Part shown: piece by piece, positions 31,584-42,414 of the stretch | Layout of the letters: each line of letters starts with the position of its first letter | Numbering within the stretch: the first letter of the stretch is position 1 | NCBI GenBank assembly: GCA_040387495.1 | Contig: JAZKDQ010000014.1 | Coordinates: 9,752 to 73,751 of the forward strand | Length of the DNA: 64,000 nucleotides | Direction of reading: 5' to 3' | Origin: Pseudomonadota bacterium | GTDB taxonomy: Bacteria > Pseudomonadota > Alphaproteobacteria > Paracaedibacterales > CAIOTO01 | Made by a program: the position numbers and the translations under genes | The notes under the pieces: generated by a model | What the model saw: only the letters and a program-made list of their open reading frames with translations | Told to the model about the DNA's origin: nothing | The model's database searches: none

Positions 31584-33113
31584 CTAATTATTCCCGCGAC
31601 GCAAAAACGCTGGTATATCCAACAATTCATTATCTTCTTCGATGCGATTCGATGTCGTATTCTTAATCACTTGTTCAGTCACAGGCTGCGGTTGAACACG
31701 ATTACGACTGACACCTGTAAACCGTTCAAACAAGGATGGTGAACGACGAGCCGCTTTGCTTTCGTTCGCTGATTCTTTCTCAGCAAAAGGATTCGAACCT
31801 GTAAATGGTGTAAGGTCTGGTCTACCATATGAATTTTCTGTCTGCCCGCCAAAATCATTTGATGATACTTGCGCATATGGATTCACAGGCGTTTCATTCG
31901 TTGCAGCGTTTGCATCAAGTGAAGATCCGCCGTTAGATGACATTTCATTCATTCCGCTATAGGATTCTATATCTGAATCGCCATACGAATTTGTTGATGC
32001 AGCCGCTTGACCAGCAATTGTGGAATATGCATGGGTCATACCTGGCATTGCAGGGCCTGCATAACTATTATTTGAAGCTCCCGCTGTCGAACGATCTGGA
32101 TTTGCTGCTGCTGCGCTTGCTTTCCAGCTGGCGGTCCCTGGCGCACCAATACCTGTTGCAACAACAGATACACGAATGCGACCATTGAGTTTCTCATCAA
32201 AGGTTGAACCGAAAATGATGTTTGCTTCTGATTCAACGTCTTCACGAATACGGTTCGCTGCTTCATCAACTTCGTACAAGGTCATGTCATAACCACCGGT
32301 AATGTTGATCAATACGCCTTTCGCGCCTTTCATTGACACATCGTCAAGCAATGGATTTGAAATAGCTGCTTCAGCTGCATCCAATGCACGACGTTCGCCT
32401 TCGGCCTCGCCTGTACCCATCATTGCCTTACCCATTTCAGCCATAACAGCACGAATGTCAGCAAAGTCGAGGTTGATCAAACCAGGCATAATCATCAAGT
32501 CGGTCACACCGCGAACACCCGAATAAAGCACATCGTCCGCCATTTTAAAAGCATCCGCAAAGGTTGTGCGTTCATTGGCAAGACGGAACAAGTTTTGGTT
32601 TGGGATAATAATTAATGTATCAACGTATTGATGGAGCTCTTCAATGCCTTTCTCAGCGGATCGCATACGATGCGTTCCTTCGAAATGGAATGGCTTTGTC
32701 ACAACACCAACAGTTAAAATACCGCTTTCACGTGCTGCACGTGCAATTACTGGCGCCGCGCCTGTACCGGTACCACCGCCCATACCGGCAGTGATAAACA
32801 CCATGTTGCTACCCTGAATAAGCGAAATGACTTCTTCTAACGATTCTTCAGCAGAAGCACGACCAACATCAGGTTTTGAACCCGCACCAAGCCCTTGGGT
32901 GATATTCAGCCCCAACTGCAAGCGCTTTTCTGGTTCAACAAGTGATTGTTCGATTGCTTGCGCATCAGTGTTGGCAATAATAAAGTCCACACCTTCCAAT
33001 TTTGCACGAATCATATTGTTTACAGCGTTTCCACCTGCGCCACCAACTCCAATAACGGAAATGCGTGGGCGTAAATCTGATCCTGCCGGTGGGGTAGTGC
33101 TTGCTTTTGCCAT
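31584..33113 (-). CDS. ftsZ: Cell division protein FtsZ
   Basis: [20 protein letters not shown], long alphaproteobacterial linker, LDIPAFLRR. Confidence 0.99.
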   Translation of the reverse strand: MAKASTTPPAGSDLRPRISVIGVGGAGGNAVNNMIRAKLEGVDFIIANTDAQAIEQSLVEPEKRLQLGLNITQGLGAGSKPDVGRASAEESLEEVISLIQGSNMVFITAGMGGGTGTGAAPVIARAARESGILTVGVVTKPFHFEGTHRMRSAEKGIEELHQYVDTLIIIPNQNLFRLANERTTFADAFKMADDVLYSGVRGVTDLMIMPGLINLDFADIRAVMAEMGKAMMGTGEAEGERRALDAAEAAISNPLLDDVSMKGAKGVLINITGGYDMTLYEVDEAANRIREDVESEANIIFGSTFDEKLNGRIRVSVVATGIGAPGTASWKASAAAANPDRSTAGASNNSYAGPAMPGMTHAYSTIAGQAAASTNSYGDSDIESYSGMNEMSSNGGSSLDANAATNETPVNPYAQVSSNDFGGQTENSYGRPDLTPFTGSNPFAEKESANESKAARRSPSLFERFTGVSRNRVQPQPVTEQVIKNTTSNRIEEDNELLDIPAFLRRGNN

Positions 33114-33512
33114 GTTTATATATCCATTCTTTATTTAAAAACTGAAAAGGTCATTTTATTTTTATATCGTATACGTGCATCGTTAACGCAGCGTCAGAAT
33201 TTGTTAACTCATTATAGTTTAAATCTATTAAAATGAATCAATCAACCCTTTATAGTGCGATTTTATATCATTGATGGTATACGTTCGCTATCATTGTAAT
33301 GTGTAAAATGAATCTAACCAACAAAATAATGGATGCTTTCTTAATTTTTGTAGTGTTTTTACACAATGAAAATGAAGGTGATCGCATTGACCATTAGAAA
33401 AAAATATAGCACAACTTATCTCAAAGCATTTCTTAGAAAATCAAGATTATCATGCTGTGCCGTCTAGGACAACGGGAAGCCCCTCGTAATGATGTGGGGG
33501 CTTTCTTCCTGG

Positions 33513-34286
33513 TTACTGCTGCTGCCACCAGTACCGTAATGGATAAAATACATAAAAGAAAAGCACGCATATTGATAAGTCAATTGGCATATTATCCATA
33601 CGCCTTTCTAATTCAGATAACTTATCGTGCATGTCTTGACATGTCAAATCAAGGCACATATTGTTTAAGCTTGCACCACACTACGTTATACAATTTTCTG
33701 CATACCCTGCAATCTGTGATGTAAGCTCATTAATTTGGATGTTTGTTTCGTACTTTGGATCGTTTGCATTTTTTACGATGTTATTGCACACACGCCATGC
33801 ACAAAGAAACGCAACGACAAGGTATGCGGCTTCAACCACCATCTTTCTTCTTTTGTCATTATAATAAGGCACTGTATTAGTGGAATAAACAAGATCCCAG
33901 CAATGCACCCCAAAAGGAAGGATATAGGGTGCTGTTATCCACAATGTATCCCTCAGTACCTGTTCAGGGTATACAATAGCGTCCTTGCATGCATAAAAAG
34001 CCTCAAAAGTTGTGCCTAGCCACACACCTATTGGCAATAAACCCGCACAGTTTGAGTTCTGTTTGTTGGATAAACAGTTTTTATCACTCTCAAGGTCGCG
34101 ATGGGTATCCACACTGTAAATATCAGCTGTTGTAGAATTTTCTGTCATTTCAATGCTATAAGAATTAGGCTGAAAATGCTGACTTTCCTCATCGTCAATC
34201 GTCATAGCATTTAAGCTACCACCCTCTATCACACAACACGAAAACGCAAACAAACAAAAACGGATAAATTTTATAAAAAACAACAT
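33513..34286 (-). pseudogene. Multi-TM hypothetical protein with an internal TAG at 33681-33683
   Basis: The ORF 33681-34286 continues in frame past the TAG for 55 sense codons, including a further TM-like segment. Confidence 0.55.
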
Positions 34287-34434
34287 TAATATATTTTACT
34301 TCAGAAAAATTATATTATTAATATCAAAACATCCATATGAATGCAACAAATAATTCAAATTATTTCATTTACAAAAATGGCACCCCCTAAAGAGATGCCG
34401 TTGGTCGGTAAAATCCCCTTAATGAGAATTCTTA

Positions 34435-34770
34435 TTAAGATACCTGGGCATGCACTTCCTGCTTGGCAAGCATACATGCTTCGTGACTATTGATCGCGTT
34501 CATATACGCATTGATATAATTAACGATTGCATCGGCACGGCTCATGAATTTATCACGCATGTCATGGTCAAAAGATTGATACAAAAGAATATGACGCATA
34601 TCCAGCAAAAGGACTTTCGATTTATAAATATGTTGGCGCATTTGGCGTACATTCATGCATGAACTTTGTATTAATTCCTGAAAGCGAAATTCAAGATTTT
34701 GAAGCATCCCCTTTTGAAAAACACGAGATGGCCTGGAAATTTTTGATGTGATCATATTTGCGTACTTCAT
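34435..34770 (-). CDS. Hypothetical protein
   Basis: 111 aa, AGG upstream, hairpin downstream (about 34377-34401), several GGTTAA half-sites upstream. Confidence 0.6.
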   Translation of the reverse strand: MKYANMITSKISRPSRVFQKGMLQNLEFRFQELIQSSCMNVRQMRQHIYKSKVLLLDMRHILLYQSFDHDMRDKFMSRADAIVNYINAYMNAINSHEACMLAKQEVHAQVS

Positions 34771-35286
34771 TTTTTTACCTATGCGGTTAAATGGTTAAGC
34801 TTATAATTAGTGTCTGAAAATGAGAAGGTTAATGTGAGGCTTTTGTTTTTCAACAAATGTGATTAACAGTTGAAATTATTGATTGGGAGAACAACTTAGT
34901 GCCTAACGCACCCAAAAGCAAAATATAGTAAATTTAATTTTTACTCATAATGAATTCACCATTACTTATGTGACTATGCTCCGTCAAAATTAGAAAGGCA
35001 ACATGTTTGACATATTTATTTAATATTTACGTAAAATAAATCATTAAAAGACTTTTTGGCGTGTTAAAAAATAATTTTAAGATGTTTTTTAATGAAATTT
35101 AAACAAAACACACCTGTAATAAAATAAAACTATGGTGAATTCGTGTTTATCACGCATGAATAACGGTCAATCGATTCCCAAATGCTTGCTTTAATCGTTA
35201 GCTGTTTTAGATTTTTACAGTTTTTAAATATTTCAGTGAATTTTAAAAAGTGACAATTAGCAAAATTTAAAGTTAATATTCAAATG

Positions 35287-35874
35287 CTAATCAGTTGCTT
35301 TTTTCTTTTTGCAATAATGCCGTATTTTAAAAAATGCAAAAATCAACGCCAGCAGCCCCAAAACGCCAAATATAAAATATTTCTGCACAGTTTCAAAATT
35401 CTCAAAGACTTCTAAGACTACATGCCCTAATAAATATCCAGCAGTACAGCTAACCGCCGCCCATATTGCTGCGGATAAAAAATTAAGCGGGATAAAACGC
35501 CATGGCTTAACACCCGCCGCACCAATAATAATAGAACTGGTCACTCGAATACCATATATAAAACGGCACGCAATAATAAACGCCGCATCATATTTGTGTA
35601 ATAATTCAAATGTTCGTGCAGATTTTTTCTTTAAGGATGGAAAGCGTTCAAAGATCGCGTCACCATAGTACCAGCCTACAAAATAAAGCACTTGATCGGC
35701 AATCAAGGTACCCATAAAGGCAATAACACCAACCTTAACTATTGATAAATGACCAAGACGTGCCATGGCACTGGCTGTTAAAATGACAGACTCTCCCTCA
35801 ACAAGAGAACCTAAGAAAACGGCTAAATAGCCCCATTCTTCAACGAATTTAACAAGTACTGCATATGCTTCCAA
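35287..35874 (-). CDS. DedA family membrane protein
   Basis: FLGSLVEGE, CRFIYGIR, F..LNFLSAAIWA. Confidence 0.92.
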   Translation of the reverse strand: MEAYAVLVKFVEEWGYLAVFLGSLVEGESVILTASAMARLGHLSIVKVGVIAFMGTLIADQVLYFVGWYYGDAIFERFPSLKKKSARTFELLHKYDAAFIIACRFIYGIRVTSSIIIGAAGVKPWRFIPLNFLSAAIWAAVSCTAGYLLGHVVLEVFENFETVQKYFIFGVLGLLALIFAFFKIRHYCKKKKATD

Positions 35875-36018
35875 GACATGTCCTTTTCAAATCATTTCGT
35901 GTATTTTACCTTATAAACCCTCAGGTCACCCCCAAGAGAAATAAGTAAAGACCGTAAACACCTATGGTGTTAAGCCAGGGGTGACTGCAACAAAATCCAA
36001 TTCATAGCAGTATTGACT

Positions 36019-37440
36019 TTAACCAACAACCGGCTGTGATGTTTGTGCTTTATTTTCTGGCAAATAAGCAATGGTGTTGGGTTGCGCAAGTGCAACTAAA
36101 TGCGTATCGATTTCACTTCTAGCTTTATTGAATTTTTGTAAATCTTTACCCACAAGCTGTACGCTTGGCATTTTTTTAACAGACATTGGATTAATGTTTG
36201 AGCCCTTATAAATGACTTCATAGTGAAGGTGCGGCCCGGTTGCAGACCCTGTAGCGCCAACATATCCGATAATTTGATTTTGTGAAACACGACTACCCAC
36301 TGCAAGGCCTTTTTCATAACGGCTTAAGTGTCCATAAGCAGTCTCATAACCATTACTATGTCTGATTTTAACAAAATTACCATACTCACCATAATAACCG
36401 TACTTAATAATAATCCCATCGCCAGCAGCTTTGATGGCTGTTCCTGTTGGGGCACCTAAATCAACACCTTTGTGATATTTGTTATAACCTTTAATAGGAT
36501 GCAAACGCATTCCGTACCCTGATGTAATACGCATTTTACTTGCGTCAAGTGGTGTCTGTAGCAACCCTCTTACAATGCTGCGTCCCTTATCGTCATAATA
36601 ACTAACTTGCCCATTATTTACGTGACGATAGATGCGATGTTGTGTTTTTCCGGCTGTAAAGGATACATAGCGCAGATCCCCAGCTTTAACAACTTTACCG
36701 TACCGATCCTGCTTTTCTTCAAATAGAATTTCAAAAGCATCGCCTTTTTTAATGCCATGCTGGAAGTTCATCACATATGTCAGACTGGCAATGGCTTCTT
36801 GTACAATATTTCTTGGCACACCTTGCCTTAGCGCTGTTGAATAAAAGCTTGATTGAATGCATCCATCCACACGTCTTAAAACTGATTTAAGGTTAAGTGA
36901 CTCAACCTTTGCTTCATATGTGCCTTGAGCCGTTCGCACAACAGTCAAAACAGATTTGTCATTGATGTTGAATTCAATGTTTTTTAATTGGAATGGTTGT
37001 GATTCAGTTGCATTTTGCGTAGTGACAATAAATGCTTGTCCCGTTTTCATACGACGTAAATTATATTTTGATTGAACAGAAGCGATAACTTGATCGATAT
37101 CTGCTTTTGAAGCGCCTGATTCAGCCAAAAGAGATTGCAGTGTATCGCCTTTGCTTAACTGAAGTGTGCGCATGTGTGGTTGAGATGGTGTTGCTGGATT
37201 TGTTGCAACAGTTCCAGTCATTAACGTAACGCCGCCTTCAGCGTCTAGACTTAATGGATTGGTATCAGGGGTAAAGCCATTTATGACAGAACCTTCACCT
37301 TGCATAAGATCATCATTGTTGATTTTTTGCAAAAAGGTGTGTTCTTTACGATATTCACGAACCGAAATCACACATGCTGTCATCATGAAAAACAGACTGA
37401 CTAAATGTGAATGGCGCTTTAAGTGTGAATGGTGTCGCAA
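36019..37440 (-). CDS. M23 family peptidoglycan DD-endopeptidase (MepM-like)
   Basis: HKGVD and HLHYE zinc motifs, LysM/OapA-like segment (KGDTL). Confidence 0.93.
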   Translation of the reverse strand: MRHHSHLKRHSHLVSLFFMMTACVISVREYRKEHTFLQKINNDDLMQGEGSVINGFTPDTNPLSLDAEGGVTLMTGTVATNPATPSQPHMRTLQLSKGDTLQSLLAESGASKADIDQVIASVQSKYNLRRMKTGQAFIVTTQNATESQPFQLKNIEFNINDKSVLTVVRTAQGTYEAKVESLNLKSVLRRVDGCIQSSFYSTALRQGVPRNIVQEAIASLTYVMNFQHGIKKGDAFEILFEEKQDRYGKVVKAGDLRYVSFTAGKTQHRIYRHVNNGQVSYYDDKGRSIVRGLLQTPLDASKMRITSGYGMRLHPIKGYNKYHKGVDLGAPTGTAIKAAGDGIIIKYGYYGEYGNFVKIRHSNGYETAYGHLSRYEKGLAVGSRVSQNQIIGYVGATGSATGPHLHYEVIYKGSNINPMSVKKMPSVQLVGKDLQKFNKARSEIDTHLVALAQPNTIAYLPENKAQTSQPVVG

Positions 37441-37488
37441 TGTTAAACTCCAAAAATGTATCCAACCTATATATTAAGACTGCAAACG

Positions 37489-37504
37489 GTTAACAAATAA
37501 TTAA
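37489..37504 (-). promoter_or_regulatory. CtrA-box match upstream of the M23 peptidase
   Basis: gttaa-caaataa-ttaa, which reads TTAA-N7-TTAAC on the minus strand, about 50 nt upstream of the start. Confidence 0.6.
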
Positions 37505-37926
37505 TTGAGCACCTTTATAATGTGCCCAAGAAAGAGGCCGTTTGTCAATGGGAATGCTTAGAAAGAGTTCTCGATTTGAATTGAACGGCAGTAGAAGGCC
37601 ATGCTGAGCATTAGATTCATCAAGGGTCAAAGAGCTCAGGTTGCTGAGAAAATCAGCTTTTTTATAAACGAACGCAGGTTTAAATTGAAACCTTGGCGCA
37701 AATCAATTACAGTTATATGTGTAGACATTTCTTGCAAGTGGTTATCAAGCTAACCTTGTCAATAAAAACAATCGGTTTGATGGCTTTTAATGATCATTTG
37801 CAGACATAAAACAATATTTATATCAATTACAACGCAGAGGCAGTTTTTCAGAGTCATGGTTATTTATGAAATAAACAGTGATACGACCTGGCACTTCCTC
37901 TTCGCGTTTAGGGAGTTTTTAAGACA

Positions 37927-40524
37927 ATGGTTAAGCGTCTTCTTATCGATGCCACCCACAATGAAGAGGTGCGTGTCGCAGTCGTCAATACTCATTCGCT
38001 GGAAGAATTTGATTCTGAAACAGCGAACAAACGACTCACAAAGAGTAATATTTACCTAGCAAGGGTTGTTCGCGTTGAACCTTCTTTGCAAGCAGCATTT
38101 GTGGAATATAATAACGGGCGACATGGTTTTTTACCGTTTGCCGAAATTCATCCGGATTATTATCGCATTCCGGTTGCTGATCGCAAGATGCTTGAACAAA
38201 GCCTGGCGTTACAAGCTGCAGAGGCTAATGGTGAATTGTCCGGTGATGATGCCCTGGAATCTAATGTAGCAGAAGATGAAAGCACGAAGACTGTATCTGA
38301 ATCTACTGGATTTGAATCCAATGGATTTTCAGAACTCATCGATGATAAGAATCAAGAGAGCCCTGAAGAGAGCGCCAATCAAAACGTGTCAGAGGATGAG
38401 GAATCTGCTGATGTAGATGAGTCTTTGCTTGCAGATCGTCGAGATCAAACAACGGACATTGGTGGTGATTATGCCGTAGGTGCCGATGATCTGTTAGAAC
38501 CAGAGGCAATTGCTAATAATGAAAAACGTAATTTAAGATTCCGTTACAAAATCCAAGAAGTTATCAAACGTCGTCAAATTATGTTGGTGCAAGTTGTTAA
38601 GGAAGAGCGCGGTAATAAAGGCGCAGCGTTAACAACATATCTATCTTTGCCAGGCCGTTATTGCGTATTGATGCCCAATGCTGGTCATCGTGCAGGCGGC
38701 GTATCACGTAAAATTAGTGACAATGATGATCGTCGTCGTTTGCGTAGCCTAATGAAAGAATTCGAAATTCCTGAAGGCATGTCACTTATTGTGCGTACCG
38801 CTGGACAAGAGCGTAACAAATCTGAAATCAAACGCGACTATGAGTACCTGCTGCGTGTGTGGGATGATATTCGTGAAAAGACGATTATTTCCACAGCGCC
38901 TGATCTTGTGTATGCCGAAGGTGATTTAGTCAAACGCGCTATACGTGATATCTATGATCGCGATATCGAAGAAGTTCTGGTTGAAGGTGAAGAAGCCTAC
39001 AAAGCCGCAAAGAATTTCATGAAGAGCCTGATCCCAAGTCATGCTAAAAAAGTAAAATTGTACAAAGACTTGCTGCAGCCAATTTTTCATCGTTTTGGCG
39101 TTGAAGAACAAATTGAGAAAATGCACCAACCTGTTGTGACATTGCCATCCGGTGGATCAATCGTGATCAATCACACCGAAGCCTTAGTTGCAATTGACGT
39201 GAACTCTGGCAAATCCACGCGCGAGCGCAATATTGATGATACGGCTGTTAAAACAAACCTTGAAGCCGCTGCCGAAATTGGTCGTCAGCTTCGCCTTCGT
39301 GATATCGGCGGCATTGTTGTTATCGACTTTATTGATATGCATGATAGCGGCCATATTGCCAATGTTGAACGTAAAGTCCGTGATGCTCTAAAATCCGATC
39401 GTGCGCGCATCCAAGTGGGTCGCATTAGTCAATTTGGTTTATTGGAATTATCACGTCAACGTCTTCGTCCTAGCATGCTTGAAAGCCATTCTATGCCATG
39501 TACGCATTGTAGTGGGACTGGCCTTGTACGCTCTGTTGATTCATTGGCACTGCAAGCATTACGTGAAATTGAACGTACAGTGATTTCAGGCAATGCCTAT
39601 GAGGTTCTTGTGACTGTACCCCTTGGCGTAGATTTGTTCTTGCTCAATCAAAAACGAAACGCAATTGTTGCCATTGAAAATCGTTATGGTGTTGTCATTC
39701 AAATCATTCATGACACAACAATGCTGTCACCAAACTTTGTTGTGGAAGTACTGTCAGAACGCCCACGAACACTTAAAATTGCTGCAAGCACAGTGAATTA
39801 TGATGAAGTGCAACAACCATCTGTTGATGATAGTGATGATGAAGAGTCAGAAGATACGGATACGGATCAAGAAACAACCGACGATGCATCGAGACTTAAG
39901 AAAAAATCACGCCGTCATAACAATCGCCGCCGTCGTAACAATCGCCGCGATCAAGGTGAGGCGGGTGCTGAATTGGCAGAAGGCAGCACAAGTGACGAGA
40001 CGACAAGCACTGAATCTATAGCTAACGAATCTGAATCGACGGAACAAAATACCACAACGAATAGAAGCCCTAGAAGACCAATACATAGGCACGAAAAGAG
40101 AGCTGTTACTGAAGATACAGTAGCTGCATCTGATGCCATTCAACCGAGTGAGAGCGCGTCCGAAGAAACACCTTCTGAAGAAGGGCAAACAGAAAAGCGG
40201 TTTACAAACAATCGTCGTCGTCGTCATCCATACCAACGTCGTCAGCATAATAAAACATATGATAATAAGGCCGATGGTGTGTCAGAGAGACCTCCTTTCG
40301 AACCAAAAATCATTGAACCAAGACTTATTGATGGGACAACACCTACAGCTGCGCCCTCGGTTATTCCAATGAAGCGTGAAGCGTCAAGAGGTCAGCAAGC
40401 TCCACGACCACCACGTGAAAGTGGCAAAGTGGAAGGTGCTGATTCAGCAGCTGCAGTAGCACCTGCTAAAAAGAAAGAGCCAAAACAATCAAAGAGTTGG
40501 TTAAGGCGTTTGTTAGATAATTAA
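37927..40524 (+). CDS. rne: Ribonuclease E
   Basis: RVEPSLQAAFV, acidic S1 insertion, AIDVNSG, IDFIDM, CxxC, Arg-rich disordered tail. Confidence 0.97.
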   Translation: MVKRLLIDATHNEEVRVAVVNTHSLEEFDSETANKRLTKSNIYLARVVRVEPSLQAAFVEYNNGRHGFLPFAEIHPDYYRIPVADRKMLEQSLALQAAEANGELSGDDALESNVAEDESTKTVSESTGFESNGFSELIDDKNQESPEESANQNVSEDEESADVDESLLADRRDQTTDIGGDYAVGADDLLEPEAIANNEKRNLRFRYKIQEVIKRRQIMLVQVVKEERGNKGAALTTYLSLPGRYCVLMPNAGHRAGGVSRKISDNDDRRRLRSLMKEFEIPEGMSLIVRTAGQERNKSEIKRDYEYLLRVWDDIREKTIISTAPDLVYAEGDLVKRAIRDIYDRDIEEVLVEGEEAYKAAKNFMKSLIPSHAKKVKLYKDLLQPIFHRFGVEEQIEKMHQPVVTLPSGGSIVINHTEALVAIDVNSGKSTRERNIDDTAVKTNLEAAAEIGRQLRLRDIGGIVVIDFIDMHDSGHIANVERKVRDALKSDRARIQVGRISQFGLLELSRQRLRPSMLESHSMPCTHCSGTGLVRSVDSLALQALREIERTVISGNAYEVLVTVPLGVDLFLLNQKRNAIVAIENRYGVVIQIIHDTTMLSPNFVVEVLSERPRTLKIAASTVNYDEVQQPSVDDSDDEESEDTDTDQETTDDASRLKKKSRRHNNRRRRNNRRDQGEAGAELAEGSTSDETTSTESIANESESTEQNTTTNRSPRRPIHRHEKRAVTEDTVAASDAIQPSESASEETPSEEGQTEKRFTNNRRRRHPYQRRQHNKTYDNKADGVSERPPFEPKIIEPRLIDGTTPTAAPSVIPMKREASRGQQAPRPPRESGKVEGADSAAAVAPAKKKEPKQSKSWLRRLLDN

Positions 40525-40693
40525 TCCCAACGCTTTCTGTTCATTCGACTTGATCTATATTTCCCTCTGGTCATACCAGAGGGAATTTAATAGAGAGAAT
40601 GTTTTTAAAAGTAATGAATAGCATGCCCCCCTATGACGAGAAACAAATCAGTGGTACAATGATCCTGAAAACTATGCTTGGATACACCCTCTC

Positions 40694-41419
40694 ATGTCAT
40701 TCATACCGTTACTAATTTTTTTTGTCGTCTTAAACACCGCAGCACGTCTTTGCATGGCAGACAGTCAAATAGTACCAATGTCACAGCTTCTTTTAAATAG
40801 TTCCCAAAAACCTCACGAAAAAACATCACTATCTACTGATAAAAAAACGGTGGATAGCAAAACAATAGCTACTGAAAACGCCAACAATAAATCTTTGTCT
40901 AACCCTTTGCGTAAAATAGCAGAGAATGTTAGGGATATGATTGAAGAATACACAAAGCGTCGGAACCTCGCGGAAAAACGTGGGGATCTAAATCGATATG
41001 ATGAATTACTTAAAGACGCCAATGATTTAGCGAAAGAAATCGAAGCTGCATCAAATGAACATGATATGCGCATGGAACAATATCAAAAAGGGGACATTAA
41101 ATCTGGAGAACAAGCGGTTCGTCTCACTGAACTTATTCAAAGCCGCACTGAACCGTTTAATTCACTTTTATGGCGGATGGATCAGGTAATTGCTGAAATT
41201 AAACATGATGATACAACCATGCCGGAACGCACTGCGTATGAAGGAATTCCTCCAACATCCAAATTAGTGCCCTTGACATCGCGCACACAACAAGAAGAGC
41301 CCCTCTCAACAAAGCGCAAATTATGCGATGACGAGGAAGAGGACGAAGTTATACAGAAGCATAAATCTCTCCAGCCATTAAAAACAAAAGATGAAGACCT
41401 GGAGAATATGGGGGCTTAG
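40694..41419 (+). CDS. Secreted coiled-coil hypothetical protein
   Basis: Signal peptide, helical core, KRK followed by an acidic patch. Confidence 0.7.
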   Translation: MSFIPLLIFFVVLNTAARLCMADSQIVPMSQLLLNSSQKPHEKTSLSTDKKTVDSKTIATENANNKSLSNPLRKIAENVRDMIEEYTKRRNLAEKRGDLNRYDELLKDANDLAKEIEAASNEHDMRMEQYQKGDIKSGEQAVRLTELIQSRTEPFNSLLWRMDQVIAEIKHDDTTMPERTAYEGIPPTSKLVPLTSRTQQEEPLSTKRKLCDDEEEDEVIQKHKSLQPLKTKDEDLENMGA

Positions 41420-41670
41420 GTGCCCGTCGACGAAGTATAACCGCTCAATAATAGCTTGAAGGCAATCAAGGATCAGAGCGTTTCCTGCCCTACTGCAAAT
41501 CACCTCTTAGCTTTACTTCGACTCCCCGCCAGCGCCTTGATTATGACGTAGCTTTGACGAATTTGAAAGATTATGCCGTGGCGTGTGATTGGTGGATCCA
41601 GAAAAATATGACCTTATGGTCCGACGTATGAAAACTGAGAAAAGTATCGAAGATCAACGCCATAATCAAA

Positions 41671-42414
41671 TCATAGGGAAGTAGCTATATTAGTCCGCAG
41701 CGCATTCAGTGTATCAACCGTCGACAAATCACACCACGCACCATCAAAAACGTGCCCTGCTAACCGGCCATTAGCCTCGGCAATATCAAAACAATCTTTA
41801 AACGAAAAACAAACCCCTTTGGTTGGCTGGAGAATATCTGCACAACGACGCATAAAAGCTGGCATAACAACGCGGTGCCCAATAAACACATAAGGGGCTG
41901 ACAGGCCGTTGGGGCGATAATCAAGTTGTTTGTCTGTTAATTCGTAATCTCCTGCTCCAATGAAGGCAATTCCATTGCTTTTGGCGCCGATACTAAGCAA
42001 CATATCCTCAGCATCTGAGTTAAAATTGGCAAGCATATTCAAACCCAATTGATCCGCAGAATCCCCCTCAATATACGTGTCACTACTAACGACAAAAACA
42101 GGAGCATCTCTTTCAAAATGCGGCAGTGCGTAGATGAATCCACCGCCTGTTTCAAGGGGTTCAGGCTCTCGGCTAACAATGACATTGGGATAATTGGTGT
42201 GCACAAAATCTTCAATCACATCCGCTAAATGAAAAGCATTCACAACAATGCGATCTATCTTTTGCCGGTGCAAACGATCAAGCACAAGGCTGAGGCAAGT
42301 CGTGCCATCATCCATGATGGATAGCAAAGGCTTTGGTGTATCACGTGTGAGAGGCAGCAATCGCGACCCTAAACCAGCCGCCATCACCATCGCTTGTTTT
42401 GGGTGTTGGGTCAT
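41671..42414 (-). CDS. murU: Nucleotidyltransferase, MurU-like
   Basis: AMVMAAGLGSRLLPLT..TPKPL, LETGGG; ATGA overlap with the upstream kinase. Confidence 0.8.
   Translation of the reverse strand: MTQHPKQAMVMAAGLGSRLLPLTRDTPKPLLSIMDDGTTCLSLVLDRLHRQKIDRIVVNAFHLADVIEDFVHTNYPNVIVSREPEPLETGGGFIYALPHFERDAPVFVVSSDTYIEGDSADQLGLNMLANFNSDAEDMLLSIGAKSNGIAFIGAGDYELTDKQLDYRPNGLSAPYVFIGHRVVMPAFMRRCADILQPTKGVCFSFKDCFDIAEANGRLAGHVFDGAWCDLSTVDTLNALRTNIATSL

Noticed and set aside
33180-33235. CtrA box upstream of ftsZ
   Set aside because: Several TTAA half-sites, but none with 7-nt spacing.
33681-33683. Stop-codon reassignment or pyrrolysine read-through
   Set aside because: TAG terminates several conserved core genes in this window, so a nonsense mutation is simpler.
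41420-41670. Coding-like sequence after the 40694 ORF (also after the 23548 and 23895 stops)
   Set aside because: Short broken frames with no recognisable homolog in the window; cannot be called.
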